Shown here: positions 37,306-46,699 of the stretch, piece after piece
Numbering within the stretch: the stretch's first letter is position 1
Layout of the letters: each line of letters opens with the position of its first letter
DNA from: Thermoplasmata archaeon
Lineage (GTDB): Archaea > Thermoplasmatota > Thermoplasmata > Lutacidiplasmatales > UBA184
Reading direction: 5' to 3'
DNA: 64,000 nt
Assembly (NCBI GenBank): GCA_022749995.1
Contig: JAKIWO010000001.1
Span: 22,410-86,409 of the forward strand
The notes under the pieces: generated by a model
What the model was told of the DNA's origin: nothing
Database searches by the model: none
Seen by the model: the letters and a program-made list of their open reading frames with translations, nothing else
Made by a program: the position numbers and the translations under genes

Positions 37306-37393
37306 AACCCCCCCGGATCCGTACGCTAAGCCTAAAGCATCGGGCGCGCCGGCGAGCCTCCGCCCACCGACGGACCCCGTACCGAGGATCATC

Positions 37394-40177
37394 ATGGCCC
37401 TAGCACGCAAGCGAAGCACTCCCTTACCCGAGGACCCCGCGCCGCCGGCCGAGCGCGCCGGTCGCGAACCGATCGAGATCCCGCGTCTCACCCCGCGCGG
37501 CAAGAACGCGTTCGACACCGTGACCTGGAAGCGCCACGACGCACTCATCAAGGGGGCCGACGGCTCGACGGTGTTCGAGCTCAAGGGGGTCCACGCGCCC
37601 AGCACCTGGTCGGACACCTCGATCAACATCGCGGCATCGAAGTACTTCCGCATCATCGGCGGCCGGCGCGAGGACTCCGTCGAGGGGATGATCCGGCGGG
37701 TCTGCCACTGGATCGGCCAGAAGGGCCTCTCGCTCGGCTATATCGACACCCCCGAGGAGGCGCACCAGCTCGAGGAGAGCCTGAGCTACCTCATGGTCCA
37801 GCAGATGGCGGCGTTCAACTCACCGGTCTGGTTCAACGTCGGCGTGCGGGAGCCTCCGCAGTGCTCGGCCTGCTTCATCCAGGCGATCACCGACGACATG
37901 GAGGCGATCCTCTCCCTCGCCTCGAGCGAGGGCCGCCTGTTCAAGGGGGGCAGCGGTACCGGCACCAACCTCTCCCCGCTGCGCGGCAGCCACGAGCGGC
38001 TCGCCGGGGGCGGGATCGCGAGCGGCCCGGTCTCCTTCATGCGCGCCTTCGACGCGCTCGCCGGCGTCATCAAGAGCGGCGGGACGACCCGGCGCGCCGC
38101 GAAGATGGTGATCCTGAACATGGACCACCCGGACATCGTGGACTTCATCGACTGCAAGGTCCGCGAGGAGGAGAAGGCGCTCGCGCTCATCCGGGAGGGA
38201 TACTCCGCTAACTTCGATGGGACGGACCCGGACTCGGCGTACGCCTCCATCGCCTACCAGAACGCCAACCACTCGGTCCGGATCCCGGACAGCTTCATGG
38301 AGGCCGTCGGCCGCGACAGCGAGTGGCGCACCTACCACCGCACCGACCACTCCGTCGCGGGCACCTACCGGGCCCGCGAGCTATGGCGCAAGCTCGCCTT
38401 TGCCGCCTGGCGCTGCGGCGACCCCGGCGTGCAGTACGACGACGTGACCAACGACTGGCACACCTGCGCCATGACCGGACGGATCAACGCCTCCAACCCC
38501 TGCTCGGAGTATCTGTTCCTGGACAACACCGCCTGCAACCTGGCCTCGATCAACCTGATGCGGTTCCTCGACCCCAAGGGCGCCTTCGACCTGCCCCGGT
38601 TCCGCGAGGCGGTCCGGACCATGATCCTCGCGATGGAGATCCTCGTCGACGGCTCGAGCTACCCCACGGGACCGATCGCGCAGAACTCCCACGACTACCG
38701 GCCGCTCGGGCTGGGGTACGCCAACCTGGGCTCACTCCTGATGCACTACGGCCTGCCGTACGACTCGGAGCCGGGCCGCGCGCTTGCCGCCTCCATTTCC
38801 TCGATGCTCTCGGCCGAGGGGTACCACATGTCGGCGGAGATCGCCCAACGCATGGGCCCGTTCGCCGGCTACGACCGGAACCGCTCGCCGATGCTGCGCG
38901 TGATGGGCAAGCACGCCGCCGCCGCGGAGAAGGTACGGACCGACGACGCCCGGATCGCCCCGTTCGGCGTCGCCGCCGCCGAGCGGTGGCGCAACACGGT
39001 CAAGGCCGGCGAGCTCTGGGGCTACCGCAACGCACAGATCTCGGTGATCGCCCCGACCGGCACCATCGGGCTCCTCATGGGCTGCGACACGCTGGGGCTC
39101 GAGCCCGAGCTCTCCCTGGTCAAGGTCAAGAATCTCGTCGGGGGCGGGCAGCTGCGCATGGTCAACCGGACCGTCGAGGCCGCGCTCGAGAGCCTCGGCT
39201 ACTCCGACGCCGCTCGGGCAGAGATCCGCCAGCACATCGAGCGGACGGGCGGGATGGAGGGGGCACCGGGCTTGAAACCCGAGCACCTGGCCGTCTTCGA
39301 CTGCGCGCTCGCCATGCAGGCCAACGGCCGCACCATCGCACCGATGGGCCACCTGCGGATGCTCGGCGCGGTCCAGCCGTTCCTGTCGGGGGGTGCGTCC
39401 AAGACGATCAACCTCCCCCACGACGCGACGGTGGAGGACATCGAGAAGATCTACACCGAGGCCTGGCGGCTGGGGGTAAAGTCGGTCGCACTCTACCGGG
39501 ACGGCTGCAAGGCCTCCCAGCCGTACGAGACCGGCGCGGGCAAGGCCCCGGCCGGACCCCGCGGCGCGGTGCGCGAGAAGCTCCCCGACGAGCGGAAGGC
39601 GCTCACCCACCACTTCCAAGTAGGCGGGCACGACGGCTACGTCACCGTGGGGCTCTATCCCGACGGCCGGCCCGGCGAGCTGTTCTTCCGCGTGACGAAG
39701 GAGGGTTCGACGGTCAACGGCCTGATGGACAGCCTCGGCATCTCGATGTCGATGGCGCTCCAGCACGGAGTGCCGCTCAAGGACCTGGTCCGCAAGCTCG
39801 CGCACATGCGCTTTGAGCCGGCCGGTGCGACCAACAATCCGAAGATCCGGTTCGCGAAGTCGATCCCCGACTACGTGGCCCGTTGGCTCGCCGTCGAGTT
39901 CCTCACCGAGGCGGACCGACGCTCGATCGGGCTCGAGGGCCCGGCCGCGGAACCGAACGGCAACGCCCACGGCGGGTCGAAGCCGGCCGGGGCGCCCACC
40001 ACGGTGAAGTTCGAGACCAAGCCGCTCGACGCCTTCGGCGAGAGCGGGGCCGACGGACTGCCCATGGGCGGGATCACCGAGGACTCTCCCTCCTGCCACA
40101 TCTGCGGCGGCATCATGGTGCGCAGCGGTACCTGCTACGCCTGCACGGTCTGCGGCGCGACGAGCGGCTGCTCGTAG
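37394..40177 (+). CDS. nrdJ: Class II (adenosylcobalamin-dependent) ribonucleotide reductase
   Basis: FNSPVWFN, QCSACF, GGTTRRAA, NPCSEY, ACNLAS, APTGT, SKTIN; TSCPD-like domain and C-terminal Cys4 ribbon. Confidence 0.96.
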   Translation: MALARKRSTPLPEDPAPPAERAGREPIEIPRLTPRGKNAFDTVTWKRHDALIKGADGSTVFELKGVHAPSTWSDTSINIAASKYFRIIGGRREDSVEGMIRRVCHWIGQKGLSLGYIDTPEEAHQLEESLSYLMVQQMAAFNSPVWFNVGVREPPQCSACFIQAITDDMEAILSLASSEGRLFKGGSGTGTNLSPLRGSHERLAGGGIASGPVSFMRAFDALAGVIKSGGTTRRAAKMVILNMDHPDIVDFIDCKVREEEKALALIREGYSANFDGTDPDSAYASIAYQNANHSVRIPDSFMEAVGRDSEWRTYHRTDHSVAGTYRARELWRKLAFAAWRCGDPGVQYDDVTNDWHTCAMTGRINASNPCSEYLFLDNTACNLASINLMRFLDPKGAFDLPRFREAVRTMILAMEILVDGSSYPTGPIAQNSHDYRPLGLGYANLGSLLMHYGLPYDSEPGRALAASISSMLSAEGYHMSAEIAQRMGPFAGYDRNRSPMLRVMGKHAAAAEKVRTDDARIAPFGVAAAERWRNTVKAGELWGYRNAQISVIAPTGTIGLLMGCDTLGLEPELSLVKVKNLVGGGQLRMVNRTVEAALESLGYSDAARAEIRQHIERTGGMEGAPGLKPEHLAVFDCALAMQANGRTIAPMGHLRMLGAVQPFLSGGASKTINLPHDATVEDIEKIYTEAWRLGVKSVALYRDGCKASQPYETGAGKAPAGPRGAVREKLPDERKALTHHFQVGGHDGYVTVGLYPDGRPGELFFRVTKEGSTVNGLMDSLGISMSMALQHGVPLKDLVRKLAHMRFEPAGATNNPKIRFAKSIPDYVARWLAVEFLTEADRRSIGLEGPAAEPNGNAHGGSKPAGAPTTVKFETKPLDAFGESGADGLPMGGITEDSPSCHICGGIMVRSGTCYACTVCGATSGCS

Positions 40178-40228
40178 GGACCCTTGGGTCCCCTTCGCCG
40201 GGGCGACCCGGTCCTCCCCGCAGCGGCG

Positions 40229-40663
40229 CTAGGCCGCGAGCAGGCGGTCCGCCGCTGCGAGGTGGACCTCGGCCTTGCCGTCGATGACCTCGCTCACTTG
40301 CCCCTTCGCGTCGAGCAGGAAGGAGACGCGCCGGGCACGGCCGGAGGGACCGAGCACACCATACTGCTGGGCAACCGCTTTGCCGAGGTCGGCCACGAGC
40401 GGGAATCCGAACCCGTACTTCTCCTTGAACGCGCACTGCTTCTCGACCGAGTCCGTGCTCACGCCGACCACCCGTATGCCGTGGCCCTGGAGCGCGGCGA
40501 GCCGCTCGTTGAACCCCTTGGACTCGATGGTGCAACCCGGCGTGTCCGCTTCCGGGTAGAAGTAGAGCAGCACCTTCTGGCCGCGCAACGAGGAGAGCGT
40601 GAGCGTCGAGCCGTCGTCCGTCTTCTCGGTGAAATCGGGCGCCATCTCCCCCTGCGCGATCAT
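40229..40663 (-). CDS. bcp: Peroxiredoxin (BCP/PrxQ)
   Basis: LYFYPEADTPGCTIES, GVSTD, RVSFLLD. Confidence 0.92.
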   Translation of the reverse strand: MIAQGEMAPDFTEKTDDGSTLTLSSLRGQKVLLYFYPEADTPGCTIESKGFNERLAALQGHGIRVVGVSTDSVEKQCAFKEKYGFGFPLVADLGKAVAQQYGVLGPSGRARRVSFLLDAKGQVSEVIDGKAEVHLAAADRLLAA

Positions 40664-40775
40664 GGTGCACGCCACGACCGCGGCCTAGTTACGGTTTCCC
40701 GGGGGACGCCGAGCGCTCACCCCAGTTACCCTCCGGCTCCCGACGCTTGAAATCCCCCACGGGCCTCGCCGCCGC

Positions 40776-42419
40776 GTGCCTCCCCTACCTGTCACCGGCG
40801 GCCCGGGTGGTCAGAAGCTCTCCCCCGTGCAGGCCCGCAACCTGCTCGCACTGCTGGCCGCGCTCGCCTTCATGGTCACCTACGTGGAGACGATGGTCGT
40901 CCCCGGCTTCGTCGTCTTCCAACGGTTCTTCGACTACCCCCCGATCCCGACCGTCGCCTGGATCCTCTCGGCCTACCTGGTCGTCGGCACCGTGGCCACG
41001 CCGATCTTCGGCAAGCTCGGGGACTTGTACGGCAAGCGGCCGATGCTGCTCATCGTGGTCACCATCTACACGGCCGCCGTCAGCGTGGCCGGGTTCACCC
41101 CCAACATCGCGAGCGAGCTCGGCATCAGCCGCCTGAACGCGATCTACCTGCTGATCGGCGCCCGAGCCGTCCAGGGTGTGGGCATGGCCATGTTCCCGCT
41201 CGCCTTCGCCATGATCGGCGAGGCGTTCCCACCCCAGCGGGTCGGCCAGGCGCAGGGACTCATCTCGGCGATGTTCGCGGCCGGGGCCGCCACCGGACTG
41301 TTCGGCGGCTCGTACCTGACGTTCACCTACGGCTGGCAGTTCACCTACCACACCGTCATCCCGCTCTCGGCGGCGCTGCTCCTCCTCGCCGTGCTGCGGG
41401 TCCCCATCTTCGCGGTCCGCCCCGGCCGAAAGCTCGACCTGCCCGGGGCGGCGTTGCTCGGCACCGCCCTCACCACCTTCCTCGTGGCCCTCTCCGAAGG
41501 GGGCAGCTGGGGCTGGGGCACGACCCGGGCGGTGATGATCGGACCGGTGCCGTTCGGCGTTCCCGAGCTGTTCGCCATCGCCCTCCTCGCGACGATCGGC
41601 TTCCTCCTGTGGGAACCGCGGAGCCCGTACCCGGTGGTCGACTTCCACCGGCTCGCCGAGCGGAACATCTGGATCTCCAACGTCGTCGCCGTCCTCACCG
41701 GTACGAGCATGTTCCTGTACTTCGTCGCGATCACCTACCAGATGCAGGAGCCCTCGGTCGGGCTCGGGCTCAGCGTCCTACAGTTCGGCGAGGCCGCGGT
41801 CCCGAGCGCGATCGCCGCGCTCCTGTTGGCCCCGCTCGCCGGACGATGGGTCTCCAACAACGGCCCCAAGCCGGTGATGCTGGCCGGCTCGGCGATGAGC
41901 TGCCTGGCCGGCCTCGGGCTGGTGGTGTTCCATCAGTTCGAGCTCGAATTCATCCTGCTCGCGATCCCGATGCAGGTCGGCCTCACCTGGGCGTTCATCT
42001 CGATGAGCAACGTGATCATCCTCGCCTCGCGCCCCGAGGAGGTGGGGATCCAGACCGGGATGAACGCCACCTTCCGGACGCTGGGCCAGAGCCTCGGCCC
42101 CGTCCTCGGCTCGACGATCTTCGCGTCCTTCCTGGTGGTGCGGGTGATCCCAGTGCTGATCCCGAACGGGCCTACGGTCGCCCTGGCCGTGCCGATACCG
42201 GCGATCACGGGATTCATCTGGGTCTACCTGCTCGTCGCGTCGCTCGGCGCCGCGAGCTTCTGCTTGAGCCTGGCGCTGCGGAACTACCGGTTCCTGGCCG
42301 ACGGCAGCCGCGTGGACCAGGCCCGCGCCCCCGCGGCGGCACCACGAGCGAGCTCGCTCACCGCGCCCGTGCCCACTCCGACGGCCGCCCGGGCGGAGCC
42401 TCCTCCGGCCCTCAGTTAG
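40776..42419 (+). CDS. MFS transporter (DHA2-like, about 14 TM)
   Basis: GKLGDLYGKR motif A, RAVQGVG, multiple TM helices. Confidence 0.92.
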   Translation: MPPLPVTGGPGGQKLSPVQARNLLALLAALAFMVTYVETMVVPGFVVFQRFFDYPPIPTVAWILSAYLVVGTVATPIFGKLGDLYGKRPMLLIVVTIYTAAVSVAGFTPNIASELGISRLNAIYLLIGARAVQGVGMAMFPLAFAMIGEAFPPQRVGQAQGLISAMFAAGAATGLFGGSYLTFTYGWQFTYHTVIPLSAALLLLAVLRVPIFAVRPGRKLDLPGAALLGTALTTFLVALSEGGSWGWGTTRAVMIGPVPFGVPELFAIALLATIGFLLWEPRSPYPVVDFHRLAERNIWISNVVAVLTGTSMFLYFVAITYQMQEPSVGLGLSVLQFGEAAVPSAIAALLLAPLAGRWVSNNGPKPVMLAGSAMSCLAGLGLVVFHQFELEFILLAIPMQVGLTWAFISMSNVIILASRPEEVGIQTGMNATFRTLGQSLGPVLGSTIFASFLVVRVIPVLIPNGPTVALAVPIPAITGFIWVYLLVASLGAASFCLSLALRNYRFLADGSRVDQARAPAAAPRASSLTAPVPTPTAARAEPPPALS

Positions 42420-42829
42420 AGCGCGTACCGGACCAGCGCGAGCAGGTCCTCGATCGGGAGTTCGGCTCCCTCGGAGCCCTGGGAGATGCTACCCCAGAGC
42501 GCCTCGATCGCTCCCTCCGGGAATCCGACGGCCTCTCCCGCCGACCTTCCACGGAGGTGGTCGGGGCGGCCGTACCGTCCGATCGCGAGCAGCACGAGCA
42601 AGGCGCCGACCGGACCGGAGGAGGCGAGCGAAGCGTGGCCGTTCGGGCCTTCGCGCTCGTCGAGACGCGCCTCCTCGTCGTGCAGCCGTGCGACCCGACT
42701 GCGTCGCTGGATCGCCCCCGGCCTCCGGGTGCCCCCGCGGACTGGCAGTTCCCTCCACTGGATCTCCGGCTCCGCCGCGCGGAGTCGCTCCCATAGCGCC
42801 GGCTCGCCGGGCAGGCGGCTCGGGCTCAC
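42416..42829 (-). CDS. Hypothetical protein (137 aa)
   Basis: GTGA-coupled to the upstream TIGR02757 gene; fills the gap to the MFS stop. Confidence 0.5.
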   Translation of the reverse strand: MSPSRLPGEPALWERLRAAEPEIQWRELPVRGGTRRPGAIQRRSRVARLHDEEARLDEREGPNGHASLASSGPVGALLVLLAIGRYGRPDHLRGRSAGEAVGFPEGAIEALWGSISQGSEGAELPIEDLLALVRYAL

Positions 42830-43710
42830 GCCGCCCTGCCTCTCCGCGGGTGCCACAAGAGACAGTCCGGTCGGAGTCGGCAGGCGCCGCAGACCGAAAT
42901 ATCCCGCTCCTTCGGACAGTCCCCAGAGATCCCCGTATGACAGAGTGCGAAATCGTACCGCACGGGATCGACGGGGTCGAACTCCCGGAGCCGCGCGGTG
43001 ACCTCCTCGACCGCCGCCCAGGAACGGGTGCGACGCCGGGTGAGCCCCATATGGTAGCTGATCCAGAACACGTGCTGGTCGAGCGGGATGCGGAGCTCGG
43101 CGAGCGGCACCCGCTTCCAGACCCCGAGGTCCGGATACTCCTCCCGGACCATCCAACGGAGGAACAGTGCGAGCCGCTTGCAGGGGCTGTGGCTCGCCCC
43201 CAGCGGGGAAGGAAACAGCGCGCGGTAGCCCGCGGGCGGATCCACGCCATCCGTGCCGCGCAGCGCCCGGGCGAGCGCGTCCAGTCCCGACGCAAACCCC
43301 TCGGGCCCGGTGCTCCCGTCGGCGAACACCGTTTCGAGGCCGCCCAGCTCCGCCTCGATCCGATGCAGGCGGTACGCGAGGTAGGCGAGCTGGTCTCCGC
43401 GGATCCATCGGTGGCGGAACTCCCGGAGCCGGCGGTCCCGGCTCGGTCGGCGGCTCCGGTCGACCAGACCGGTGAGGTCGCCATCGCACCGGGAGAGCCA
43501 GTCGGCGAAGGCGCTCCGAATGGCGGTGGTGTTGCCCACGGCGAGGGTCGCTGCGTAGATCCCCGCAACCTCCGCCGAGCGCCGGTCGACGGCGAGCGGT
43601 CGCACGCAGGATAGCGGGTCCTGGGCGAGGCTCCGTTCCAGCGGGAAGTTGACGAGCAGCTCCTCGAGATGGCCGGCGAGGCCGCTCGAGGGAGTGGTGC
43701 TGACCTGCAC
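42826..43710 (-). CDS. TIGR02757/DUF2400 family protein (HhH-GPD-like) with a C-terminal Cys cluster
   Basis: DPL, SPCKRLALFLRWMVR, DLGVW, PLDQH, DPVRYDFAL, C-x7-CxxC-x5-C. Confidence 0.9.
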   Translation of the reverse strand: MQVSTTPSSGLAGHLEELLVNFPLERSLAQDPLSCVRPLAVDRRSAEVAGIYAATLAVGNTTAIRSAFADWLSRCDGDLTGLVDRSRRPSRDRRLREFRHRWIRGDQLAYLAYRLHRIEAELGGLETVFADGSTGPEGFASGLDALARALRGTDGVDPPAGYRALFPSPLGASHSPCKRLALFLRWMVREEYPDLGVWKRVPLAELRIPLDQHVFWISYHMGLTRRRTRSWAAVEEVTARLREFDPVDPVRYDFALCHTGISGDCPKERDISVCGACRLRPDCLLWHPRRGRAA

Positions 43711-43791
43711 ACGCGTGCGACCCCAGCTTCAGATTTACCGTTGCCCGCCGACCGAGGGCTTGTATCTCCGGCGGGACTTCCGGGACAGAGC

Positions 43792-44571
43792 ATGCCGCCC
43801 AGCGACCGCGTGAGCGACCGGTTGGATCCGGAGTGGCTCGCCGCAGCCTACCGACGCGATCCGGCCCTCCACGCCTGGGCCGTGTGGGACCGGGCGGTGT
43901 TCCCCGAGCGCGTAGAGTTCCGCGTCCTCGAACACGAGGGCCGCCCCCGGGCGTACCTCCTGATATGGCACGGCCTCGGGGGTTTTTGCACCGTCCATTG
44001 GGTCGGCCCTTCGGAGGGGGGCGGACCGCTTCTCGAGTTCCTGCCCCGGCCACCGGTGAGCGTCATCGTACCGGATGAGCTCGCCCCGGAGGTGCTCCAC
44101 CGCCTGGGGACAGGACGGGTCGAAGGGGTTCGTATCCAAGTCTGCCGACAGGCCCCTGCTCCGGAGGACGGAGTGCGCCGGCTCGGCCCCCCAGACGCCG
44201 CCGCGCTCGATCGGTTTGTCGAAAGGACCGGCGACCAGCTCGCGAAGGGGTACCGGGGCCTGCCCCTCGACCGGGAGCTGGTCGCCGGCGTCTTCGAGGG
44301 GCCGGAACTCTGCGCGTTGGCCCGAGCGCAGGTGTGGCTACCGGAGCTGACGCTGATCAGCCACGTCGTCACGCACCCGGACGCCCGGGGACGCGGCCAT
44401 GCCCGCCGCGCCACGGGGTGGCTCACCCGGGAGGCGATCGGGCGCGGCGCGTTCGCGGCGCTCTACGTTCGGGACTCGAACCTCCCGGCGCGGGCGGTCT
44501 ACGACCGCCTCGGGTTCGAGCTGCTGGCGCACCGCACCTGGGTCGAGACGGACGCGCCGGCGACCGCCTAG
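43792..44571 (+). CDS. GNAT acetyltransferase
   Basis: VVTHPDARGRGHA; NLPARAVYDRLGF. Confidence 0.88.
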   Translation: MPPSDRVSDRLDPEWLAAAYRRDPALHAWAVWDRAVFPERVEFRVLEHEGRPRAYLLIWHGLGGFCTVHWVGPSEGGGPLLEFLPRPPVSVIVPDELAPEVLHRLGTGRVEGVRIQVCRQAPAPEDGVRRLGPPDAAALDRFVERTGDQLAKGYRGLPLDRELVAGVFEGPELCALARAQVWLPELTLISHVVTHPDARGRGHARRATGWLTREAIGRGAFAALYVRDSNLPARAVYDRLGFELLAHRTWVETDAPATA

Positions 44572-44622
44572 CGCCGCGAGCTGTTTTCCGCCGGCGGGCG
44601 CTCGAGGGAGGAGGGGGTCCGC

Positions 44623-46278
44623 GTGGCGAGCAACGCCGAGGTGGAGCGGATCTTCGTCGAGATCGGGGACCTGCTCGACCTGCTCGGCGAACAACGGTTC
44701 AAGGTCGAGGCGTACCGTCGGGCCGCGCGGACCCTGGAGTCGCTCGGCGAGCCGCTCGAGCGGATCGCCGCGCGGGGGGAACTCGAGCGCATTCCGGGGA
44801 TCGGCGATGCCCTGGAGGCCAAGATCCGGGAGTACCTGTCCACCGGACGACTCGAGTACCTGGAGAAGCTTCGGCAGCAGGTACCCCCCGGCATCCGCGA
44901 GCTGATGCGACTGCCCGGCGTCGGACCGAAGACGGCCCGCCGATTCTGGGTGGAAATCGGGGTGGAGGGGCCGCTCGAACTCGCCCAGGCCGTCGAGGCA
45001 GGGCGGCTACGCGGGGTCGCCGGCTTCGGCGAGCGGAAGATCGAGCAGCTCCGGCAGGGACTCGCCGCGCTCGGAGCGGGGGTCGACGGCGGTTCCCGCC
45101 GACCGTTGCTCGACGCGTGGGAGATCGCCGAGGAGCTCCGGGAGCGACTTCGCGCGAGTGCACCGGTCGATGAGCTCGTGGTCGCCGGGAGCCTGCGCCG
45201 CTCTCGGGAGACCGTCGGGGATCTCGACCTGCTCGCCATCTCCCGCGAGCCGGCGAAAGTGTTCGCGAGCTTTCTCGCCCTCCCTGGCCTCATCGAAGTC
45301 CGCTCCAAGGGGGACACGAAGTCCACCATACTGCTCGCGCCGGGGATCCAGGTTGACCTGCGGGTCCTCGAGCCCGAGAGCTTCGGCGCAGCGCTCCAGT
45401 ACTTCACCGGTTCCAAGGACCACAACGTCCACCTGCGCACGCTGGCCCGGGAGAAGGGACTCAAGGTGAACGAGTACGGCGTCTTCCGAGAGGAGGAGCG
45501 GGTCGCCGGCCGTACCGAGGAGGAGGTGTACGCCGCGCTCGGCCTCGCCCCGATTCCGCCGGAGATTCGGGAGAATCACGGGGAGGTGGAGGCAGCGGCC
45601 GCGGGCCAGGTGCCTACGCTCTTTGAGCGCTCCTCGCTGCGCACCGACCTCCACCTCCACCTGCCGTTGCAGGGCGAGGACGCCGCGCTCGCCCCCTGGG
45701 CGGAGCGCGCACTCGGACTCGGCTATTCGGAGCTCGGTGTGGTGGTGGAGAACGACGACGAAGCCGCCGAACGGATCCGACGACTGCGGCCGACGGCTCC
45801 TACGACGGCTGGAGCGAAGACCACGCTACGCGTTCGCTTCGGTGTCGAACAGGAGGGGGCCTCTCCGCTTCCACCGCCCGAGGGCGCGGAGTACATTCTG
45901 CTACGCCCGAGCGTCGGCGGGACGCCGCCCAAGACCGAGGCTCCGGCGGAGTCGCTGCCGCGGTTCCTCGGTCACCTGGAGGCGGAGGACCCCGCCGCGG
46001 TTGCGGGCCGCGTCGGCTGGGTCGAGTGGGCCCTCCGCGATCGGCTCCCGGTGGAAGTCGGACCTCGCCCGGAGCGAACGGGGCTGGACAGCGGCTCGCT
46101 CCGCTCGCTCGCCGCCCGCGGCGTGCGCTTCCTGCCCAGCGCCCGGTCCGAACGTTCGAGGGAACTGGCCCGTATCGCCGTCTCCGTCGGACTGCTGCGT
46201 CGGGGCGCCGTATCCGCGACGCAGGTCCTCCTCGGGTTGCCCGAGGGCACTCCGAAGAAGCGTCGGGCCCGAACGTAG
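44623..46278 (+). CDS. polX: Family X DNA polymerase with a degenerate PHP domain
   Basis: AYRRAA, HhH motifs (IPGIG, LPGVGPK), GSLRR..GDLD, VDLR, YFTGSK, NEYG, PPEIRE; PHP retains only DLHLH. Confidence 0.92.
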   Translation: MASNAEVERIFVEIGDLLDLLGEQRFKVEAYRRAARTLESLGEPLERIAARGELERIPGIGDALEAKIREYLSTGRLEYLEKLRQQVPPGIRELMRLPGVGPKTARRFWVEIGVEGPLELAQAVEAGRLRGVAGFGERKIEQLRQGLAALGAGVDGGSRRPLLDAWEIAEELRERLRASAPVDELVVAGSLRRSRETVGDLDLLAISREPAKVFASFLALPGLIEVRSKGDTKSTILLAPGIQVDLRVLEPESFGAALQYFTGSKDHNVHLRTLAREKGLKVNEYGVFREEERVAGRTEEEVYAALGLAPIPPEIRENHGEVEAAAAGQVPTLFERSSLRTDLHLHLPLQGEDAALAPWAERALGLGYSELGVVVENDDEAAERIRRLRPTAPTTAGAKTTLRVRFGVEQEGASPLPPPEGAEYILLRPSVGGTPPKTEAPAESLPRFLGHLEAEDPAAVAGRVGWVEWALRDRLPVEVGPRPERTGLDSGSLRSLAARGVRFLPSARSERSRELARIAVSVGLLRRGAVSATQVLLGLPEGTPKKRRART

Positions 46279-46330
46279 CGGTTCGGGTGGAACCGGAGGC
46301 TCATTTACCGGCGCGAACGGCCCCTGAGAC

Positions 46331-46699
46331 GTGCCCGTCCGCTACGTCTCGCGCTACGCCCCCCCGCCGCTCGCCGCGAGCCCGATGGCCACGCTCCCTG
46401 CCCGATCTCACGCAGCGGCGTACGCCTCCGTCGCCGTGCTGCTGCTCGGTGTGTGGCTCTCGAGCTACAGCTTCCTGTTCCCGGCGCTACTGGCCGTGCT
46501 GCTGATCGGAGTGGGTCTCTCGTTCCTGTCGACCCGTGTCAACCCGTTCTCCGTCGGCTACTACCTGAACACCAAGCCTTCGTGGACGGCGATTGCCGCG
46601 GTGTTCCTCACGGCGCTATTCCTGGCCTCGCTGGCGTACGCTGACTGGCACAGCGGGGGCATCGCGGGGCTCACCCACTGGCCGCGTCGACTCGGTTAG
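46331..46699 (+). CDS. Small membrane protein (about 3 TM)
   Basis: Hydrophobic helices; RVNPFS..YYL..KPSW. Confidence 0.65.
   Translation: MPVRYVSRYAPPPLAASPMATLPARSHAAAYASVAVLLLGVWLSSYSFLFPALLAVLLIGVGLSFLSTRVNPFSVGYYLNTKPSWTAIAAVFLTALFLASLAYADWHSGGIAGLTHWPRRLG

Noticed and set aside
37100..37390. Cobalamin riboswitch or SRP RNA
   Set aside because: No B12-box or GGGAA/GCCACTG core and no SRP helix-8 motif found by eye; kept only as an unknown structured element
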